Translations under genes and position numbers: made by a program
In this document: piece after piece, positions 55,049 to 64,000 of the stretch
Numbering within the stretch: the first letter of the stretch is position 1
How the letters are laid out: every line of letters begins with the position of its first letter
Notes under the pieces: model-generated
Seen by the model: only the letters and a program-made list of their open reading frames with translations
Databases searched by the model: none
Told to the model about the DNA's origin: nothing
NCBI RefSeq assembly: GCF_009914755.1
Contig: NC_060926.1
Reading direction: 5' to 3' (one strand)
Source of the DNA: the human T2T-CHM13v2.0 reference genome, Homo sapiens
DNA length: 64,000 bases

Positions 55049-56022
55049 ATCCTACCAATAACCCATAGAATTTTCTATAAGGAATAGAGCAATGACCCAG
55101 GGAATGTGCAACCCTAAACAAGCCTGAAGAGACAGGATCATCCCAATTGGTTCACTTCAGGGATTAAAATTCCAAATTGAAGGGCCGTCCCAGCTAAAGT
55201 GAACTGTTACAGAAATACAGACTATCATAACACAACAAAATCAATCAACAGCCATATATTTTATTTCACAAAACAATAATTGCCTGCCACCTGGTATAAA
55301 TCAGATTAAATTGATTATCGTGTGCCATGTTCATGCTTTCCTTTTACTTTTATGCCAAGAATGGAATAATGGCTGCCATTCTAATGATACAGTTTCCTGA
55401 AGTAAATAATGGTTTATCCCAGGAAACCAATACTGAAGTCTATGGGTAGCTCATGAGTATTAAGGGTTTAATGTAACAGAATTTCAAAATTTAACTGCAT
55501 CTTACAAGAAGCATGCTTTTCAATGTTGGAGGCAGGGGAGGGGATAATTATCTGTTCTCCCTCTAAATATAAAATATTTCTTACACCTTAGGAAAGGTAT
55601 ATCTCTGTGGCTCTAGCATCTAGAGCCTGGCCTTCTAGTGATCCAGTGAATATCATTTTAAAGAAAAGCACTGGAAGAAACAGGCTGAGTATTTGGTGAG
55701 GATTAGAGAAGAGTGTGGCCCTGAACATAGGACCCTGTGGCCAACATGGGCTGAAGTGGAGGCTGGGAGGGAGAGTGCTGACAGTTAAGAGTCCCCTTCA
55801 AATAGAGGACAAATGAGCATTCTCATCAGTGACCCTCATAGGGTAAAGAGGAGAGATTCAGCCTGCTCCTGTGTGACCTTGGGCAAGTGTACAAATCAGG
55901 CATGTTTGGGTTAGAGATTACAGAAACCTAATTCAAAGAATCATAAACTGAATTCAATAGCTAATTTGACTGGTAAATTCAGAATTGGCTTTGTACTTGT
56001 TTGGATCCAAAGATTTAAACAA

Positions 56023-56320
<298 letters not shown>

Positions 56321-56427
56321 AAAGATTTAAACAATGTACCAGGTAACCAGTCTCTTTTGATCACAAGGAAAGTGCATATTAGGAGGTACCTGGGTGGATC
56401 TGAGGGTCCCTAATGCCTCTAGCTGAC

Positions 56428-57136
56428 TGTTGTGGGCTAAATGATGACCACCCTCAAAGATGTCCACATCCTAATCCCCAGAACCTGTGAATTGTTACCT
56501 TACCTGGTAAAAGCGACTTTGCAAATGGGATTAATTAAATTAAGGACGGGGAGATTATCCTGGATTATAGGATGGGATCCAATGTAATAATCACAAGAGT
56601 TCTAATAAGAGGGAGGCAGGAAAGTCAAAGAGAGTAGTAGAAAATGTGACACAGAAGCAAGACGTTGTAGTAATTCGAGAAGTGGTCATGTGCTAACAAA
56701 TGTGAGCAGCCTCTGGAACAGGCGTGTCCAATCTTTTTGCTTCCCTGGGCCACACTGGAAGAAGGAGGATTGTCTTGGGGCACACATAAAATACACTAAT
56801 GCTAGCTGATGAGTGAGAGAAAAATAATACACTAATGCTAGCTGATGAGTGAGAGAAAAAATTTTGTGTTTTAAGAAAGCTTATGAATCTGTGTTGGGTT
56901 ACATTCAAAGCTGTCCTGGGCTGCATGCAGCCTGCAGGCAATGAGTTGGACAAGCTTTGCTCTAGAAACCAAAAAAGGCAAGGAAATGTTTTCCTCTGAA
57001 GCCTCTGTGTGGAGTGCAGCCCTGCCAACACCTTGATTTTAGACTTCTCACCTCCAGAACTGAATGGGGTGGTGCTGCTTTTAAGTCATGAAATCTGTGG
57101 TAATTTGTTACAGTAGTAATAAGAAAGTAATTACTA
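56428..57136 (+). mobile_element. MLT1C/D-type LTR interrupted by MER30
   Basis: AAAGATGTCCACATCCTAATCCCCAGAACCTGTGA...GTGGTAATTTGTTACAG. Confidence 0.85.
56719..56959. mobile_element. MER30 hAT element with a 36-bp internal duplication
   Basis: TIRs CAGGCGTGTCCAA / TTGGACAAGCTTTG; 8-bp TSD CTCTGGAA/CTCTAGAA. Confidence 0.87.
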
Positions 57137-57159
57137 GTTTCCTGCTTCTCTGCCTTCAT

Positions 57160-57451
57160 TTTCTTTTTCTTTTTCTTTTTTTTTTTTTTTTTTTTTTGAG
57201 ACAGAGTGCTGTGGTGAGATCTCGGCTCACTGCAACCTTTGCCTCCCAGGTTCAAGAAGTTCTCCTGCCTCAGCCTGCTGAGTAGCTGAAATTACAGGTG
57301 CACACCACCACGCCCAGCTAATTTTTGTATTTTTAGTAGAGACAGGGTTTCACCATGTTGGTCAGGCTGGTCTCAAACTCCTGTCCTTGTGATCTGCCCG
57401 CCCCGGCCTCCTAAAGTGCTGGGATTACAGGCGTGAGCCACCTTGCCCGGC
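57160..57451 (-). mobile_element. AluS with a short internal deletion
   Basis: TSD CTCTGCCTTCATTTTC. Confidence 0.93.
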
Positions 57452-60400
57452 CTCTGCCTTCATTTTCGTGGACTGGCAAAGGCCAGAAAATTTAGCTTTT
57501 CCAACTTTTTACAGGATATGTATTTTTGAATCTCAAGTATCTTGGATTGCTTTATGTTCACTGAAAAAACCTCTCTTTGCAAGGTTGTATTTTCTCTCTC
57601 AGCTTTCTGACAGTCCAGGTTTGACTGAAACTTACTTGTAACAGTTTATAAAAGGTATAAGAAAATCACAAACCCTCCAGCATCCTGATATTTTTCTAAC
57701 AAGTCTCTAAAATTTAACCTTCAGTAGGAAGTGGTTTGAATCAAGATTCCAGAAGACAGTTTATAGTAATTATGGTCAGCTTTCACAAATAGGGATGGGT
57801 GAATTTATACTGCTTCCCATTGCTCCTCTAATGAGCCAACCCATCCTTGGATCCATAATCTGCATCCCATCCTTGGTGTCCATTTTTTGTATGCAATGTT
57901 TCATTGGTTGACAGTGAAAGAGATTTAATCCAAAACAGATTAAACAGAAATGGGACTTAATCTGGCTTCTGAGAAGTTCTCTCTGTCTCTCTTTCTCTGC
58001 CTGTCTTTCTCTCTCACCGCTTTCATTGTTCTATTTTCTTTTATATTGGAGTTTTCTCAAGTAGATTCTCCCTAGGTCATGGCAAATATTCCTCTGGCAA
58101 CCCTAAGCTTGCATTATCAAGATAACTAGTGGTGCAAAAGAAAGGAACCTTTCTTTCTCATTAATTTCAGCCCAAGTCCCTGGAATGGCCCTCACTGAGC
58201 TAGTTTGGGATATGAGCTAATCCCTGAGCCAGATGCTGTGACTACAAAGGAGAGAATATTCCAATTGTCCAGGTCTAGGACAGTGTCCACCACTGAGCAG
58301 AAAAATGGGCATAGAAAATGAGAGACTGTAGGGCAAACAAACAAAATAAACAAACAAAAAGGTAGCAGATGCCCACCACATTAACAAACTCAGATCCCTC
58401 ATCTGTTAAAGGTGGATAATAATATGATATACTTCTTAGGACTGCTGTAAAAATGAAATGAATTAGTCCAGGGACAGCATCTAGCACAATGTGGCATAGT
58501 AGGTGTTCTTTCGATAAGTGTTTTTATTGTGCTACTGTTACTACTACTGTTAATTACTATTATTATTACTCCTAGTCATGTAGCTTTGGAAAGTCACTTA
58601 ACCCACCTGACTCATTTCTTCTTTTTGAATGGCTGATGACACACACCTTGCAGCAAAACAATGAAAGTTAATAGGCACAAGGTACCTAGCACAGGACTGG
58701 CAGATGGTACAGACCTGTGGATACATGATATTATTTTTATTGCTATTTGAGAAGGAAAGTCTCCTGAAGGAATAAGATACACATGCCTCATCTACATATT
58801 CATGGATCTTTTTACAAGCCAAATTCTAAAATTCAGATTCTGAGATGGTCTAGGGTTAGATTCCTGAAGAGCTCTTTTTACTCAGTAAGAAGCAGTGTAG
58901 CTGCAGAGATGTGCCTGCTCCCAACACTGGCCCATTGATATGGAGTTCACATCTAATATGATTTCAGTCCTGTTCCTTCCTGTAGTCCTGGGGAAAGCTT
59001 CAGTCATTGGCATCCTTTAGAATGGCTTGTGGTAGGGGTTCATGGAAAACAATGGTGAGTGGCATCTATTCCCCCTAATTATACACACACAGGTAAGTAA
59101 CACAGCTTCACCTTCTCATCTTTGATTGAGATTCATGTGTGAGCACCAGCCCGTGACCACTACAAACATCCCAATGCATGGACTTGGTAGAAACTGATCC
59201 TATGAGAGTATAAAATAGTGGGGTGACTCTGTAGACCTTGACCTATAGATCTGTATCTCACAAGAATCCATGCAGTAGAGAATGAATTGTGTTTTAAACT
59301 GTTGCAGAGCAATTGTACACGTAAGAAAGGCTAAATTCCCATAAAATAAAATCATCTCACTCTCTTGGCCATAATTTTAAGAGTATATCATCGTAAATGG
59401 ATAAAGGAGTGTCCCCAGTGGACTGGGCTCTCTATAGCTTTTAGTTAGGCAATTATAATTCTGTTTTACTTACAATGGGATATTTCTTGATGCATTTTAA
59501 ATAGAAAGAATGGTTTCTCTATTCATGGAGACTCCGTAAGTGTTAAATAGATAGAAATGGAATTTGTGTGGGTATTTATAAAACCACAGAAAGAGAATTT
59601 TGAATTATATATGCATACACGCTCTTTGGTAGTTTGAAAGCATTTTCAGTCCGCCTGGGGAAGCAGAACTGTAGGAAAGTGATATCACTGTCAGCGTCAT
59701 TCCTCCCAAACTATTTTGAATGTCACTAGCAGTTAAGGCAACATGTTGTTTTTCAGAGGAGAAAGGCAAGAAAATAATTAAACACATTTTTCCTTAAGGA
59801 AAAAAAAAAGAGAAAGCAAGTCTGCTGTGAGCCTGCTTTTGTGAGAAAGTGATAGTAATAGGACTATGAACAAATACAATTTCTCCTAGGATATCTTTGA
59901 AAATTTAGCTGAGTAAACTTTGTCTCAGGGTAAGTAGGAAAAATTCATACGCTCTCCGTGAGTAAAATAAGTGCAGATATATCAGGATCTCTTGTCAAGA
60001 TTTTGTGTTGAATTCAAGAAAGGAACATTGGACAGCTGTGCAGATTCTAGTGACATTTTAGATGAGGAGAACAATGATTTTTAAACCTATACCCCATAAT
60101 TAGCTTACTCACCACCAAGAACTTGAAGCCAGAAAAGAAATGCTCTTCAGGAGTCATGCCACTCAGAGAAGCGTGGGAAGAGCAGCACACTTAGTGGGAT
60201 CTACCCAATAACTGAAATGTAAGCTCTCAGAATTGCTCATCTGCACCATTGTAATAGTCATCTAACTGGTCTCCCACTTTTAATCTCTAATCCCCTTCTC
60301 CCCACCTACATCCATCATTCCCACAACCACCAGATTAATATATTCTGACAGCAAGCTTCTAAACAAGGTCAGAAAAGAATAATTAAGATATTATTATAAA

Positions 60401-61469
60401 TCTGATAGCACATTATCTGGTTCATAGTGTTTGATAAAAAAAAATTTTTTTAAAGATTCACTACTTGCCCAAATTCCTCCCCGCTCCCCGACACACAGAC
60501 ACACTTAAAAACTCAGCTTTTTCCTTTCTACCATTGCTTGTCATATTAAGTACAAACTCCTTATAACAGGATCTAACTACCATTTAGGTTTATCATCCAA
60601 ATTGTCCAGTCCCTTTATTCTACCCTTGCCACAGTGAACTCTTTTGTATCTCCAAACATGGTTTCCATTTCCATGTCTTGGCTTATTATTTCCTCATGTC
60701 TGGAATGCCTGCCTCCTCACCATCACCTAGGATCCTTCTCACTGTCTCTACCAAAGCCAGGGCCACATTTCAAGGCCCAGCTCATACATTACATCCTCTA
60801 CTATATACTTCATGACACTTTTACCCAAAGGCTCTACTTGTACTTTTCTTTGAGCCACCTTAGTAATTTATGTTTATGTTGTTTTAATGATACCTCATTA
60901 TTTGGCCTTGCATTATAATTTATGCAATTGTCTTACTTTGTTACCAGAAAATATTATATTGCAATAGAAAGACCTCAGATTAAATCTCAGTTCTGCCACT
61001 GAAAAGCTACCTGAACTTAGGCAATTTTTTAAATTTTCAGAGCCTCAGGGCATCTGAAAAATGCCTACTTTGTGGAGTTTTTAAAAGGATTAAATTGCAT
61101 GACAAAATATATGTAGCTCATCTGGTACAGTGCCTGACACCTAGTGAGAGGTGAATAATAGTAACAGTGCCACTTATTAATATATTTTCAGGTCTTTGCA
61201 GACTTTGTGTGATTCATTTTTGCATTTCAGTATAGACAAGCATAGCACCTGGTTCATGGTTTATGTTATATAAATATGCTTTGAGTTGGCAATAATTAGA
61301 GGTTTCCAGCATTAGAGTGTGACAGTACATTTATCTGAACATATCCCTTGCCCTATTTTCCATTCTTCCTGTATAAATCTGTTTCTATCTGTTTAAAAAA
61401 AATATTAGGGATTCAGAGTCTAAGGATCGAGCTTCCTACGGCATAGAATTGTGGTGTCGATTTAGCAGA

Positions 61470-61482
61470 CGCCCCCTACTGG
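61470..61482 (-). promoter_or_regulatory. CTCF core motif (reverse)
   Basis: Reverse complement CCAGTAGGGGGCG; several CpGs retained nearby. Confidence 0.7.
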
Positions 61483-62726
61483 CAGAGTTGATGTTAGAAA
61501 ATGAAATAAACTATGACCCAACAGAAGATGGTTCTCCCAGTCTTTGCTCTTCACCCACCCTCCTGGCTGTTTACGGACAGCCCCTGCTCAGGAAAATATA
61601 CATTGGCTATTATATTATTCGTGTGGAGGTGGATCTGTGTCATCCTTGACTAACTGGGAGGTGAATATTATGCGTCACATTCCCCAAAACAGAAAGCCTC
61701 AATACAGGAGGAGCTTGGGTTCAGACAGGATGTAAAATGTTCAGAATGTTTAGGAATACCAGTTCTGAACAGGTAGACCCAATTCCATTCCTGATGTGCC
61801 CTTCACCAGCAGATCTTGAGCAAATCATTTAACCCAGATATTGTGAAAGCCACAATTTCTGATCTGAAATACTGAGCTCATAATAGAACCTGCCCTCAGA
61901 GGCCTCTTGTGAGGATTTAATAAGATCATATCCCAAGAGCCCAGTGGCTGGTGCATAATTTACCCTCCAGAAACTGAATTGTTGCTGTGATTAAGCTAAC
62001 ACAGCCATGCTTGCTTTACTCCATTGTCTTCAAATTCCAATTTGCCTCAGAATCCTCTGGGCATCTGATTTAAAATACACATTTCTAGACTACCCTCCCA
62101 GATATTCTGATTTTGTTGCAGACCAGAATGTGCATTATAAACAAGTGCGCAGGTGATTCTAGTACAAATCCTAATAAGCAATGCTACACTTTATAATTTT
62201 CAATCCAAAGATAAATGAAAGACAGCAACTCTCTTGGAAGACAAAATTTTTTCATTCATATTACTTAAGAACTTAAAGCCTTGTGACAATAAACTTCTAA
62301 GAATAATTAATAATAACACACACATCTAGCACTTATTATATGTCAAGCATTGGTCAAAGAGCTTTTCATACAACAGCGCTTTAATCTTTACAACAACTTT
62401 TTGAGGCAGGTACTCTTATTCTCATCATTTTATAAATGAGAAAATTGAGGCACAGAAAGTTTAAGCTCCTTGCCTAAGTCATCTATATAGAAAGGGACAA
62501 AGCCAGAATTTGAATCAAAGAAGTCCAGCTTCAGAGCCTATGCTCCTAAACACAAATCTGTACTTCATTAAAAGTATAGCAAAATTCACTGTCTCACCAA
62601 ATCACACAGAACTCTTCCATATAAGGGGCCAACTTTTCTGTAGTGCTTTTCTATTTAATGGTAGCCCTGGGAGAAAAGGTAACTAATATGGCAGTCACTG
62701 ACTATCTTTCTGATGCATTCTACCAT

Positions 62727-62757
62727 TGTGTGTGTGTGTGTGTTTGTGTGTGTGTGT
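62727..62757. repeat. (TG)n microsatellite
   Basis: Directly visible. Confidence 0.9.
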
Positions 62758-64000
62758 TGTTGTTGTTTTAGTTTATCTTGATTAGGATGGTCTCTGCTTC
62801 TTTTTTAATAATATCACAACCTCTATAAAAGGCCATTTTTGAGAGAAATTAATAACATGCACCAGAAAGCCTAAAGGTTACAGCTCATTTTTACCATCTA
62901 CAATAAGAAATATCACTTAATGGGTAGCATCTCCCAGGCTATGTTCTCATGAGATTTTTATAGCTAAGAATAAAATTCATGCCTATGGCAGACTTTTGTA
63001 ACCAATTTTAAGGAGTGACTTGCCACTTTTTCCATCCAAAATCCTGAGGGAAGAGAGGAAAAGGAGTAAGAGAATGGCAGGAATCAGAACTCACAGTCAT
63101 TCCTAAGAAAAAATTTGTGGCAATTCAAAAGTGATTTGTTTTCTTTCCCATGTCTAAGCCCCCATGCTCCTTCTGCACAGACTTTCGGATAATAATAATA
63201 TGCATGCAGATGGCATGTTCCAGGTTTCACAGCCCTTTCACAACCAGCCATTCATTTGAGATGATTGAAGCAAACCGTTTCAGGCTGAATGCAACTGTGA
63301 GCTGTTCAAAGGCAACACCTGGCAGCCCAGGATCACAGACGTGTTGTCATTGACATGACATGGGCTTAGAGAAGCTGAGGGTGAGCAAAGACCTGTGCCT
63401 TTGCATCACACACAGAGAGCTAGCACAGTGCCTGCTTATCAAGTTTGTACTTCATAAATGTTTGTTGAATGAATAAAGTATCACACCCAACTGCTTCCTT
63501 TTATAGATGAAAAACCCAGATTTCTTAGAGGTGGAAAATTTCATGAGGCAGCAGTGAAGGCATGAAGATTAGTCAAGGGAGCCAGGAAAATATAAGAGAA
63601 CTTCTCTCTGCCTGCTTCCCTCCTTTTTCTAGGTTTCTCTCATCCTTCTTTCTCTGTATGTCTCTGAATCTTTCTTATGCTCCTTTGGTTCCTTCTTTAC
63701 TAAAGTAACTGGTATTAATATGTAAATAAAATATGTTTATGTGTAGAATTAAGGCAAATCTCGGCATTTTAAAACTCTCTTTTTTATGGCTAAAGATGGA
63801 AATAAACTCAACATAATGCATATAGTTTACAGAAGTGAGAGAATTACTACTAAGAACCTCCATCTTTTGGTCATAGAACCAAAGATGCTCAGGGATTAAG
63901 GGATCTTTCAGTTGAGTCTATAAAACTGACTAACTGTAATTGTATCTTCTCTACAACATCCATTCCAGGCATTTGACTATTGCCTTTTTGAACATCTTAA

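Overview
Human (primate) genomic DNA, recognisably the GALNT5/ERMN locus on 2q24. The + strand carries GALNT5 coding exons 2-10 (9439-36488; GT-A catalytic domain with the DSH and WGGEN motifs, then a ricin-type lectin domain). Exon 1 lies upstream of the window. ERMN (ermin/juxtanodin) lies convergently on the - strand: a complete 3-exon, 855-nt CDS (284 aa) plus an alternative 5' exon that adds 13 aa. The rest is mostly interspersed repeat: an L1PA with an intact 5' end, about 11 Alus, MaLR and ERV1 LTRs, DNA-transposon fossils, MIR/L2 and a tailless 7SK retropseudogene. I see no wholly new gene. The best leads are: (1) an intact L1 ORF0 on the GALNT5 sense strand with a donor in frame with GALNT5 exon 2; (2) the ERMN alternative start codon and donor arising by point changes in a MIR, with an overlapping uORF; (3) convergent CTCF motifs bracketing ERMN; (4) a 52-bp repeat that makes the two convergent 3' regions complementary; (5) a duplicated hairpin-forming unit of about 170 bp in GALNT5 intron 7. 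Everything was read by eye. Repeat subfamily names and boundaries are approximate, and no expression evidence is available.
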